Of a stretch of 64,000 nucleotides of DNA, positions 45,145-59,529 are shown piece by piece. The translations under genes were made by a program, and so were the position numbers. The notes beneath the pieces are model-generated. The model was given only the letters and a program-made list of their open reading frames with translations, was not told the DNA's origin and ran no database searches. The DNA comes from the human T2T-CHM13v2.0 reference genome, Homo sapiens, in the NCBI RefSeq assembly GCF_009914755.1, contig NC_060933.1; one strand, given 5' to 3'. Position 1 is the stretch's first letter; each line of letters starts with the position of its first letter.

Positions 45145-47139
45145 AGGGTGACTCACACTCTCTCGATGAAAATTGAAATGATCATTAAGAAAATAAGCTT
45201 TCGGCCTTTCTCTTTAGTCCTATTGACTTTGGATTTCTCTCATCCCTTTAGAACTTCTCCTCCGTCGACTGATTTCCCAAGGTCCCAAAATTTGCCTGAC
45301 CACCTGCAAACTAAGTGTTTCCCCATCTCCATGGCCACTCCTGGTTCCATTCACTAGTTCTCTCCGGATATTACTACCTGGAAAGTTAAACCTGCTAACA
45401 TATAGAATGTTAGAACTGGGCAGGAAGGAACCTGAGACCTGTAAGGCCTTGTGATCTGTCAAAGAGACTCACCCAAGGTAGAAATCATGCTTTTTGGTCC
45501 CCAACACCAGGTGCTATGCAGGTTCTTTCCTCTCTTTCCCCAGTTCTGACACAGTCTCTCCCCTCACTCCATTCCCTGCATTGGCACCATTTTTACCTTT
45601 GGTCCTCTCCCAGTTATTGGCCGGACTAAATGACCTCTGAAGCCCTTGAAAGTTATTTACCTTCAGTGACTCTTACCCTCATCTTCTAACTAAGGGTTGG
45701 AATGTTGGAATACTGAGACGATGCCCCACCCCCCCACCCCAAATGACCACCACCAGACCTTCCTGAAATGCCATGTTCTAGGAGATCACTTCTTTCTCCC
45801 AAAAACAAGGTTTTGGTCACTGAGCTAACAAATTAGTTTTCTTAGTTCACGAATCCCATCTCTGTTAAACTTCTTTGTCTATATCAAAAGTAGCTCCTCC
45901 ATTTTTCTCCTCTCAAACAAATCCCTGCCAGATACAGTGCCCTGACCAAGGGCATAGTTAGCCATAAAATCATCATGCATCTGTCCTAAACCCATTCTAA
46001 TGGCCCTGGGGCAGGAGGGGATATCGTGTTATGTCCCCTCCTCCTCAGCCATGCATCCCGCTCTCTGGAGTACTGCCAGCTCCCTTCACCAGTCCCCATT
46101 TGCAGAACCCCTCACCCCCTCACCATGTTCTTAGGAAGATGAATCAGGAGTGAACAGTTTAGACATTATTTAAGTTCTCTTTTGATCACATAGAACGTAA
46201 GTAAAGAATTCTTGGGACAAGTGATACACTGCATTCCTCAAGTATGTCTATCTGTGCAAAGCACCGAAGGGGCTGCATTGTTTACCTTAACAGTTACAGC
46301 CCCTGCTAATGATTACAAGGATGCTGTTTATATCAATATTTAAATATGCCATTTCTCCCAAATGAACCACAACAGCCTCATTTAATGTTATTTTATTAGG
46401 ATGAGCAGATATTTGGGCAATGTTAAACCTGTATGCCACTTGCTATACAAACCTCTCTAATAATGCCTCAGTTTAGCATCTAAATACATATTTAAACAGT
46501 TTAAAAACACATTGACTACATAATTTGTATTTGTAACTGCTCAAAATAAAGGACTTTTTATTGAGTGTGCCAAATAATGTGAATTTGGATGCCTTCTGAA
46601 AGGATGCATTATTCATGTGGAAGAGAAACAAAATCAATAAATGAAAATTCGAATAAAAATAAAACCCATTATGTTGCTGCACCCAGACAATGATCGTCTT
46701 GTGCATTATTTACTCAAGGAAAAGACACAGGAAAATGGCCCTTCTGGAAGTGGGCTATGAAGTGAATCATAACCTCCTGCTTAGGCTGTTCGAAAAGAAA
46801 CAGAACTGTATGTTTCTAACAGAAAGAATTGTTATGTTTCTAAAAGAAAGACTCAATTTCTTTTAGTTTGTGACTAAAATTATTTAAAAATTTAACAGCA
46901 AAATACATTTGGGAAATTGGTAAGATGTGAAAATGATTACATTCTATTGTTACCACATCACATATTTCATTGCTACCGGGATATATAGAATACATTAAAG
47001 TTCAGAACGGGATTCTGTGGAAAAGCATATCTTTGCATACACAGAATACTGGATATGTGTGTTTATGCTTGGTGAGGAGGACAAAAACAAAGCTTATTAA
47101 CTCTGGCACATTTCAGGACGCTTCCCTAATTTTCACGGA

Positions 47140-47350
47140 GGCATCAATATTGGTCAAGAAGTCAGGCTTTGGGGTCAGACATCCTGAGTTAAATCTTGCC
47201 TCTTACACTACTAGTTCTGTGATTTTCATTATTTAACCTCTCTGAGCTTTGGTAAATGTGAGTTTGACGAGAGTACCTGCCTGCCAGGGATTAAAGGAAA
47301 TTCTTAGCGCAGTACCCGGCACATGGAAGTTACCCAGTGAGTGTTAGCAA
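47140..47350 (+). mobile_element. MIR SINE
   Basis: aggctttggggtcagacatcctgagttaaatcttgcctct...atttaacctctctgagc. Confidence 0.8.
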
Positions 47351-48470
47351 TAAGAATCTCTAAGAGTAGCACTATCTTTCCTTACAGACATTTGATTGTC
47401 AAAGCACATGGCTATGGTTCCTCAACAATAATGCACAGGTGCACTTTGATTCTTTGCTGAAGAATATTATTTGAGACTCTGCTGCCTATTTTTTATCAAA
47501 TGTTACAAGAAATAAACTTTAATGTTTCTTCACGGAACACTTGCCTGAAAACACATTTTATTCTTGGCACAAGGCAGATCATCAGGAAGCTACAACTGAT
47601 GAACTTAAGGAAGTGATGTTACAAAATTTAATTTTGTTGAATTATATTTCACACCAACAGTTTATATTGAAGTGTGAAAAGAAAACAGCTCTAGGGAATT
47701 AAATAGTTTGTTGATCACAGGGATGTCTTGAGGATGTTACCTACTTTATTACCTAGTTACTCCTTTTGGAAGATCCTCCAGTGACTAAACTTAGGAAAAT
47801 ACTATATTTATTAATTCACTTAAAAAATGTAACTTACTCAGTTTTTGCTGAGCACTGTTCTGGGGCACTAGACATAGAATAGTGAACTAAACAGACAAAA
47901 TCCCTGCCCTGAGTAGCAGCATTCATCTTCTAGCTTCTTGGCAACTGGTTTACTTTTATCTTACAGATACTGCAAATGTTATAACTGAATAGATTTAACT
48001 CTTTGCTTTGGATTCTAGCAGGTTGAGAGCCAAATGGTACAGATTCTTATGGCATATATCCTTGTATGCTAACTTCACTTGTGGATTTATCTTGCCCTTA
48101 TACCCAATCTTCTCATCTACTTCTTTATTACTCTGCTGCAAAATATGTGTTTTTATAAGTAACCAGAACATTTTTTAGGAGAAACAAAATTAAGAATTTA
48201 TAAATGCATCAGAGAAATAAATAAATATAGCAATACAAACATAGGTATGTGTGAATTCAGGTAACTATAAATTACAGCTACTACCATCCTGGATGGCCAT
48301 TTGCTTTGCATCATGTTTCACCTCCAGCCTCAGAACAATGACTCCTGAAAGTTCATTAATGTAATAGATAATTATTGACCATCTGCAATACGCCAGACTC
48401 CATTCAGATTAGAGGATTAATGGTTAATGAGACAGATTAAGTCTTGGGGAGCCTGTATCTGTATGGAGGC

Positions 48471-48867
48471 TGTATTAGACAGCTCAAGCTGCTATAACAA
48501 AATACCATAGACTGGGGGGCTGAAACAACAGAAATATATTTTTTTCAAAGTTCTAGAGCCTGGCAGTCCAAATCAGGGTGACAGCTTGGTCAGGTTCTGG
48601 TGAGGGCTCTTTCCCTGACTCACAGACAGCCACCTTCTTGCTGTGTTGTCACATGACAGAGAGAGAGAGAAAGAGAGAGAGAGAGATTGATTGATTCCTT
48701 CCTCTTATAAAACCATAGTTCTTTTGGATTAGAGTCATGCCCTTAGGATCTTATTTAACCTTAATTACCTCCCAAGTAGGTATTTGACCCTATCCCCAGA
48801 TACAGTCACACTGGGGATTAGAGCTTCAACAAATGAATTTGGAGGGGACAAAATTCAGTCCATAACA
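48471..48867 (-). mobile_element. MLT1A0-like MaLR solo LTR
   Basis: tgtattag...gctgctataacaaaataccatagactgg...gaatttggaggggacaaaattcagtccataaca; flanks gaggc/gaaac. Confidence 0.9.
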
Positions 48868-48879
48868 GAAACCTCATGA

Positions 48880-49030
48880 CATCTTGTCCAATAGTCAAAG
48901 AGCTCTAGGGAAGGGATATTACAAATTTATTCCATAGGTAGTTCTTGGGTTGAAAGCCCCTCATTTATATTTAATCTAAACCCCAAATTGCAGATAAAGG
49001 TCAATTTACCTGATTTTGTCCTCCAGCAAG
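48880..49030 (-). mobile_element. L3/CR1 LINE 3' fragment
   Basis: ctctagggaagggatattac...tttatatttaatctaaacccc...tttacctgattttgtcctc; very diverged. Confidence 0.4.
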
Positions 49031-49169
49031 ATTCAACTTTTAAAATCATGTTTATTTTTGTCATGAGATGAAGGAATGCAGCTCATATAAGAAGGTGTAT
49101 CAGTCTTCACTGATTGAACTATACAATACACCACAAAGAATGGTATTAGTAGTTGTGTTGGCATCTACT

Positions 49170-50200
<1,031 letters not shown>

Positions 50201-50356
50201 TTTAATGACTGGTAGGGGGAAGAGCTGTTGTTACACCTATTCTCATTTATCTTGCTGGCCCTGATGAGAAGGAATTTGGTTGGATAGCAGGCCTTCCCCA
50301 GGTGATGCCTTCCATGTTCAAAACAATAGCAGGTGTGTAGTATGTATGCATGTAAA

Positions 50357-50388
50357 TACACACACACACACACACACATACACACACA
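50357..50388. repeat. (CA)n microsatellite with one interruption, in an L1ME 3' remnant
   Basis: Directly visible. Confidence 0.95.
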
Positions 50389-51754
50389 GAGAGTTAAGTG
50401 TGTATAAGACAGACCACAAAATATTAACTGGGGTATATAGCATGGTGGGGTATAACTGGATGGTGGGACAATAGGAAATTTGTCCTTACTTTATTACCCT
50501 TTTCTATATTTTATTGTTTTCTACATTGAACATCTATTATTTTAAAATTATAAAAATGATAAAACTAATTTTAGAAATGGACTTACATAGGGGATGAAGG
50601 CAGATATCCCAATCTGGATTGATTTACCTATGAACTAAAACATGGTGTATTTTAATTTTTGTGTCAGGTTATCCAAATGCTTTTTTCTTTTCTTTTTTTC
50701 ACTCTCTAACCATCAACATTTTACATGTCTGGATACCAAGCAAGGCTTTGTCTGGATAAAAACAAACTGGTTTTATGAGCCTGAAAGACGTCTTCCAATT
50801 TTGGGTAATTACATTGAAAATTTGCCCTGGATTCAGACAAGGTTTGAGCGCACACGAAAACCATCCTTACCTTTGCCTTTCTTCCCTTCATGCAGAGCCA
50901 TAGATTTAAGAAATAAATGGTTACGGTAACATTTATATTGCTGCCTTTCACTCAAAATTGGCAAAAGAGCAGAAAAAACAAAATAATCAGTTTGCATCCT
51001 GGTTACCCTTTTACAATTAATTTAGGGAAAGCATGTAACTGGCAGAGAGAAACACTTTTCAGATCTCATGGAACGAAATTGTCCATTAGAATTTAAGGTC
51101 TTTTGGGAAGCAAACTAGTAGCACACTCAAGCTTGTGGAGCACAGGCAGTTAGGCCCCTGCCGACTTAAATGGCCATAGTGTGGGATGCCCAGGGTCTTC
51201 CCTGACCCCACCCCCAAATTCCTAAGCAAATTCTCAAAGAGAGATGATAACTGGGTGATTTCAACTGAAAACAGAAAAATCAAAGAACTTGAGTCCCTTG
51301 CTCAAATCCATCAGGGATGTGATTAAAAAGGAAACTAGATTTCTTCCTTCCTTCTTTCTACACCCCACATACCTCCCACAGCTAACGCAGCAGCCAGCAC
51401 CATGGCTTTCCAAGCTAATCATTAGTTCTTGCAAACCTTCAGACAAAAATATCTTCCTTTTGAATTTTCATTCACAGACAACCTCCTCAGCTATGTCAGT
51501 ACATGCTCCAGACAGACGACGAAGGATTTCAGTCAGGGGCATGGGCAGGCACAGGAGGGCAGGGTTAGTGGAGACTCAGGTCCTGTGAAATGGGTTAGGT
51601 CAGAAGCCTCTGGTTCTGAGGCCAGAGGAAGTCTAAAGAACATGACACAGGCCTGCCTTTGGGGCTTTTAGATTTCCAGATAGGTTCAGAAAGGAGCAGC
51701 AGGTTCAGGAAGACTTAAATGTATCTGGATTTTAACTTACAAAAGAATCACCTA

Positions 51755-52039
51755 GGCCAGGCACGGTGGCTGGCTCGTGTCTGTAATCCCCGCACTTGGG
51801 AGGATTGCTTGAGTCCAGGAGTTTGAGACCAAATTGGGCAACATAATGAGACTCCATCTTTACAAAACATTAAAAATTAGCCAGGTATAGTGGCCCAAGC
51901 CTGTAGTCCCAACTACTCAAGGGGCTGCAGTGGGAGGATCACTTGAGCCCAGGAGGTAAAGGCTTCGGTGAGCCATGATCACACCACCGCACTTCAATCT
52001 GGACAACAGAGCAAGACCTTGTCTCAAAAAAAAAAAAAA
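51755..52039 (+). mobile_element. AluJ SINE inserted in a MER5-like element
   Basis: J-type arms; TSD aatcacct; ~13-bp deletion between two gggagg motifs; the host resumes as gaatcacctg...tttgttaaaaatggaggttccc. Confidence 0.9.
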
Positions 52040-53179
52040 AATCACCTGAAAAGTTTGTTAAAAATGGAGGTTCCCAGTCATCATCCATCCCCAATTCTGG
52101 TTCAGTTATGCCTGGGATGGGCACTACAAATTTGCTTTGTAAAATAGTATGCTGGGTTATTCAGAAATGTGTTCAGAAATGTTAGCTTATAATTTTCATG
52201 CCACCCTATGCTGGCACTGCTTTGATCAGTGGGCTCTGGGAAGCAAGAATAACTAGTTCCCCCAGTCCCTGGCTGGGGAATGTGTACCTCTAGGTGGTGT
52301 GTGGTGTGAAGCAAGGGCCACGTACTCATAGGCTACGCAGCCTCAACCTTCCTTGAGTAATGATTCTAACTGCTGGTCTATGGGACAACATTACTATTTT
52401 TATTAAAGCAAAGATGAATACACAATGAATACATTAAAGCAAAGATGAATACATGATTTGAGTGAATGTCAAAGATGAAACCTGAAACTTTTAAAAAATG
52501 AGCTTATGGTAGGCTGCTTTTGATTGTATCTCTCAGATTGGATATGCTTTCTCTGTTCTCTGTCTCCAGTGGAAAGTTTGAGAAGCTTTGTTAGCAGCTA
52601 GCAATCAGCATAACATACAGTAGTTTCCTCATTTGAAAATGACATAACAGCTGTCTCTTGAAATTGTGGTAAGGCATAAACAAGATAACACTATTTAAGC
52701 CCTAGGCCAAAGTCTGACATTCCAAAAATGTTCCATAAAGTTCATCTTTCCTCCAGCGGAAAGAATACTCCATTTGGTACCCTAGGTAAGTGAGGAATTG
52801 CCTCTTTCTCTTCAAGATCTGAATTGTAGAAGATCTATAGTTTTATCCTTGCAAATTTACTGAAAAGGGTTATAAGCAAAAGTAGTTTCATGTAAATGTT
52901 CATAATAATAATGAGGAAATATAACAGATTGATGGTGGATTTAAGTTTATCCAAACATAATACTGGACAGAAACTAAAAAGAGACATGTAGTTCATGAAG
53001 AAGTCCAGCAAGAAGATATTTTTCTTCTCTTGGAAACTTTCCCTATCACGTACCATCTTATCTTATGGCTATTTGTGTGCCTTTCTTTGTACCTTTTAAA
53101 CTATAAACTCCTTGAATGTGGAGACCACAAATTGTCTATCTTTGTATTCACTCATTTTTTTTTCATTTAACTAAGATGA

Positions 53180-53880
53180 AAACAAGCTATAGGTAATGCA
53201 TGCAAGTGTTAAAAAATGAAGCTACACAAAAGAAGGACATTAAGAGGAAGAAAGTCTCCTTCCAGGCTACTAGCCTCCTGGTTCTCCTCCATAGGGACAA
53301 TCGCTATTCAAATTTTTTGTGTACATTTTCAGAGATAGTCTACAAAAATAAATCACATTTTATAAAAATAATAGTATGCCACACCCAATTTTTGGTAGTT
53401 TGCTTTTATATTTTACAAAATATATTTTTCATATCTATACACATATATTATTTTATACATATGTATTAAATATATTTCTATTTTTATATTTTAGAGAACA
53501 TTCCATCTTAGTGGATATAATACTGTCCTATCCTTTCTAAACAGCTCCATAATATGTACCACAGTTTATCTTACCCCATTGATGGATATTCATGTGGTTT
53601 TCAATTTAGGTGGTTTTGCTTCAGTGAATGCTCAAACAATGCTAAAATGAACATCTTTGTACATAAGCCTCTGGGCGTATTTGAGATTGCACCTATAGGC
53701 TAAATTCCTAGAAGTAGAAATGGGTCATTTGTAATTCTGATAAGTTGCCAAATTGTTCACCACTAAAATTATACTAATTTACTCTTCTGCCAACAATAAC
53801 TATTGACCCCAAATTTTACCCACTTTTGATGTGTTACCAAAATTTAACAATCTAATGAGTGAAGCATTTGCATTTCATAT
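53180..53880 (-). mobile_element. Ancient L1ME fragment
   Basis: attgatggatattcatgtggttttcaattt...atgaacatctttgtacata...taaattcctagaagtagaa. Confidence 0.75.
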
Positions 53881-53899
53881 GAATCAAAGTGTTTTGATT

Positions 53900-54710
53900 G
53901 ATAGAGCAAGGAGGAACTTTTGTTAGTTCTGGGATAATTGATTATCTAGTTGGACATACACATATAAAAAATCAAATCCAAATAGATTCTGAACTTAAAT
54001 GTTAAAGGCAAAACTATAGAAATTCTAGAAGAAAATATGGGAAAATATCTTTCTGATCTCGAAGTAGAAAAACATTTCTTTAATATGACCTCAAATGTAC
54101 TAGCCATAAAGGAAAAGATTAATACATTTGATTATGTTAAACAGCTTCTGATTGTCAAAAGATACTATGAAGAAGTGAAAAGATGCCAAAATATGGAAGA
54201 CATTGTAACACTTACAGTTGACAAAGGCTTAGTATTCAGACTACATAAACAGTTCCACAACTCAATAAAAAAAGACAGCTCAGTAGAAAAATGGGTAGAA
54301 AACATGAACAAGCATTTCACAGCAGAGACAATGTGAAGGTTGAATATACATAGGGAAGGAATCTCAATTTCATCAGCATTTAAAGAAATGCACATTGAGA
54401 TATCAATGCGATACCATCTTACTATCCAACGCTACCACGCACTGGCAAAAAATATAGGTTCTTTTACACTGCTGGTAGGAATGTACACCACTACTTTGGA
54501 AAGTCATTTGAGATTATCATTCACAATACTCTAGATATATATTTTGTAACCCTAGTTTTATACCCTGGAGAAAATCTCCAGTGCAAAGAATGTTCATAGC
54601 AAGTCTAGTGGTAATAGCAAAAACTGGAAACATCCCATATGTTCATTGACTAAAGAATAAATAATTGTGTTACATTCATTGAATGGAACACTATGTAGAA
54701 ATTAAAAGAA
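53900..54710 (+). mobile_element. Ancient L1ME ORF2 3' fragment
   Basis: aaaactatagaaattctagaagaaaatatggg; ORF 54037-54336 retains weak ORF2-like residues (KEKINTFDYVK, EKWVENMNKHF). Confidence 0.8.
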
Positions 54711-54714
54711 GCCC

Positions 54715-54930
54715 AAATGTGGGCTTGGAAGCTAGTCCATGTGGTTTTAAATCCTGGCTTTCCCACTTACCAACGATATAATTTTGGACAACTACTTAAT
54801 TTCTTTTCATCTCAATTTCCTCAACTATAGTTTTTATCTCTGTGGTGAAGATTAAATGATTGAGTGCATGTAAAGCTCTGAGAACCATATATGCACACAG
54901 TAAGCACCCTGTGTTAGCTACAATTATTGA
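54715..54930 (+). mobile_element. MIR SINE
   Basis: ttttaaatcctggctttcccacttac...tgtggtgaagattaaatga...cagtaagcacc. Confidence 0.8.
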
Positions 54931-55677
54931 AAGAGTGCACATAGGCTTTTGACATATCTAAAAAAAATCAAGAAACAGATTTGAACTAGATGGTGAAGGT
55001 ACAAGGGAACACATAAACTGAGGATAAATAGGATGAATAAGGGCAAGAAGAAATTTCAGAAAGTGGCAACAAAATGTAAAATGTCAGGAAGTGTGGGAAA
55101 AAATCATGTACCAGGACAACTACAACCATTCTGGGGCAGAGAATGTGGGCAAGACAGACAGTAGAAGATAGGGCTGAGAGAAAGTCATGGGCCTGACCTG
55201 AAGCAGCATCAGTGATAGGTGGGAGTCCTCTCAAAATCCACAGCCTGTTAATTGCATTGTGGCATTCTCAAGACACTCATAGCTTTCTTTATTTTGAAGT
55301 AAGATGATCTAGAAGTTTCTCCTTACCTTGTGGAAATTACTTCTTATCTATTGAGTTTTTTCTACCTTCTTGACACAGAAGTTTAATTATAAATTCAAAG
55401 CCTCCCCCCTCCATTTTTTCTTAAAATCCAAAATAACGATGAGATGTGGCTTCTATTTGCCCTACAAAATCTATATCCATTTTTTCATAAAGGAGGCCCA
55501 AAATATCAAAATCATGATGATGAAGGGATAAATATAATCTGAATTCATGTTCTATGAATTGCTCATTCATTGCATGGTGTCTCAGAATCTCATGCATTGG
55601 CACCTCACAGTTTATACATCTTTTTCAAGTTTGTTACCACATTTAAGTTATTCTTCCCTGACAATGCTGTGAGGGAG

Positions 55678-56450
<773 letters not shown>

Positions 56451-56509
56451 GGGAGGCCTTGCTAGGTCCCTTTTATAGGTAAAGAGGCTAAGGGCCATGA
56501 TGTGAGAGG

Positions 56510-56720
56510 GGGTGTGTCCACTGTGGAAGAGCTTTGAACCTGGTCAGTTCTGAGTTGAAATCCTGAATCTGATACTTAGCTGGGTAAACTAACCTCTCTG
56601 AGCTTCATATTCCTACTGTTTGATGAGGAATGAGGAATAAGCCTCACTGGGTTTTGTTCACATTTCAATAAGGCTTTAGCCCGTGATGCTGTGCTCTAAA
56701 TGGTAGCAGTGATTACTATT
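56510..56720 (+). mobile_element. MIR SINE
   Basis: gagttgaaatcctgaatctgatacttagctgggt...taacctctctgagcttca. Confidence 0.65.
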
Positions 56721-59529
56721 GCTGCTCAAGGGTAGAGCTCAGGTTTGAACTCACTCAGTTCTTCTCACTCTAAGGCAGTGCTCTCTCTCTTTTATTACAG
56801 CACAGATGTTCACAAGGCAGGGTGGAGGGCCTCCCAGGACCCACATTCGTTAAGGCCATATTTGGCCTGGCTCCCATTCTTAGAGCTTATACTTTCCTAC
56901 CATGTTCAGGAGATATTGTCATGATTTTGATGTAAAATGTCACACCACATGATATGATTGGCTAGCAGTTATAAATTCTGAGTTTTTGAATTACCAGGAA
57001 TAAGCACTGGTAATTGAGGCAGAAGCATTTTTTTTTTGCATGCTAAATGTAATTTCACAGATTGTTAGAAAGGAAAAAGCATTTTTCTCTGTAACTCTAT
57101 CATTAGATCTTTTAAAAGAGGAAAATTCCTGAATGTATTCCACTGTTAAATTCTCCCATAATAGCATCACCTTGATGCTTAAATAATTTATTTCAAGACT
57201 TTATTAGATTATGAAATAAACATCTTGAGAGCAAGGATGTCATAATTGCTTCATCTGTTCAATGCTAAGAACGGATACCTTGTGCTCCTACCCCACTCAG
57301 TGTAGGTGTCCATAACTGTTTCTTGCATGAATATTGACTCTTGAAGGAAAACATGGCTAAATGGACCTTTCCCAGGACCAGAATGTACTTTAGTGTGTCT
57401 GGCACAAATTACAAAATATGAAAGACTTTCTTTAATCTCCATGTGAGGCTATTTTCCTTCCTCCCTCCTTGTTCTTCTCCTTGTAGGTAAAGGTTGTTTC
57501 ACAATATGGGGAAGGTCTTTTGCGGCAAAACAATTATTATTTATTTCTCATTAATGGAAGTGGCAGAATCAGAGAGGACTAGCTTTTCCTTTGAAGTAGA
57601 TCAGTTCTTTTAAGTTAGATCAGGTTTCACATCAATTAAAGGCACCATCCCTGAGCATAACTGTGGAAACGTATCTCTTCTTCAAAAAGGTTCAGAGTTT
57701 GGCTGATACATGAGACATATTCTTAGGCGAGGAGGTTTTCTGGTTTGTCTTTTATTTTAAGAGTTCCTGGTGGGATGTTGGAGTGGAATTCACATTTTCA
57801 GTCCTCCACTCATTAGGCAAGTGGTATTTGTCCATTTGCCTATGGTTTAAATTCAGCAAAAACTAAAAACAACAAGAACAACAAACATTTCTTCCCTCAT
57901 GTAAGGAGTTTGTATCCAGATAATAAACAGCAATCTTATACTTGATTCAACAGTTTCAAAGTTACTATTATGAAACTTTGAATTCCTTAAATGTTCTCTG
58001 GGCTTATTGTCAGACTTCTTAATTTCCCCTTTTGGTTCTCTATTGTACTGTATACATGCCAAAGACGTAAACATGACCTTTCTATTTTCCACCAGCACTG
58101 TAGATCCATTAAAGGGTCTTTTAAATGCTGCTGTATTGGGAGGTCCTTCTTAGCCTGGACTGGCTTCCTGAGGCCTCTTTTCTTTTTCGCAGATCCAGGA
58201 AATGTTACCAACATGGAGTGCTACGAAGCTGGCAGAGTATTTGTCATAGAGTGTATTTCCATGGTTCTTACTTCTTCTCTTATGGCTATTGAGACTTCTG
58301 CTTCGCTTTCATTTCTGAAAGAGGCGCTCAGCATGCCCACTCCTTCCTACCCAGTGATTTTACATCAGCAAATGTACCTGGGCTCTTTCTTCTAGGCATA
58401 AAGACTTATTGCAGAACAGGCACTCCCCTTGCTTCTCCTGCATGTTTGTGCCTCTGAAGTCCTTCAGACTGGCCACTCTCAATTGCCTAGGTCTCCATCC
58501 TATCCCAAAAACCATCCACTCCGGGCCTTTCCCCACTCACTGCACTCATTAATTCACAGAATCTTCCTTAAAATCGTCACAACTGCAATACTCTTGTGCT
58601 TTAGTTTTCTGTTTTCAAATTCTGGCTGTGGCTGTCAAATTTTTGACAAGCCATTTACTCCGCTTATTCCAAACATGTTCTTAAGTCTTTAATTGGAAAA
58701 ACATGTTTAAAAACTTCTGGTGGCATTGATGTAGTGCCTTTCAATGTCTTTGGAGATATAGGCAAAATGATCTGCTACTTGTTCCTTTCTCTATTCACAG
58801 CGTTCCTGTTTACATCCCTCTTCCTTTGAAGTAAAATCTGGAGAAGAGGATCAGCGGTCTAAGGAAGGTCACCCTCACACGTAGACCTCATCTGAAGCTT
58901 CTCAGAAATAAATCCCAGAGCAGATCTCCCACACCCCTGGTTGTGAGATAGTCCAGGAGAGCAGGCTGAGGTCGAGGTAAAGGACAAGTCAAGCTAATCT
59001 CGCACATTGCAACATATCTACGGGGATTTCAGATTTCAGGAACAGCAGAGCTACTCCGTGCTTTTGCCATCACCACAGCAGCAATAGATTGAAGAGAAGA
59101 GAAATGAACTTTTTTTTTTTTTTTTTTGTCTGAGAGACAGAGTTAGAGAGCAGTTTTAACTGCTGGACTATGTGGACTGGTCCAAGGCCTGATTTCCTGA
59201 ATTCTTCACTAAAGACCTCTTGTCCTTTGAGGGCAACGCCAATCATTTCAAGCATCAGCTGGAAGCTAAGATGAATCTGTACATTCTTTCAGGTTTCCAG
59301 GTGCAGTGTAATTAAAAATAAGAAGGTCTGCTTGAACCAAGATGACCCTAATTATCTTTGTTAAAAACACAGATGGGAGACAATAGAAGCTTAGTGTACA
59401 AGAAAAGCCTCTTTCTAGACCAGAATTATATTTAAAGAAAAATCAAGAAAAATGGAAAACTCCACCATTGTTATATTCCCCTAAATTTAATTTTCTCACA
59501 GACTATCTTAAATCTATTCTGCTCTAATC

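Noticed and set aside
57991-58395. 134-aa plus-strand ORF and overlapping minus-strand ORFs as a gene or processed pseudogene
   Set aside because: No recognisable protein family in any frame, and no poly(A)/TSD pair delimiting a retrocopy.
59109-59127. Orphan poly(T) as the tail of a minus-strand retrocopy
   Set aside because: No matching TSD, polyadenylation signal or recognisable body.
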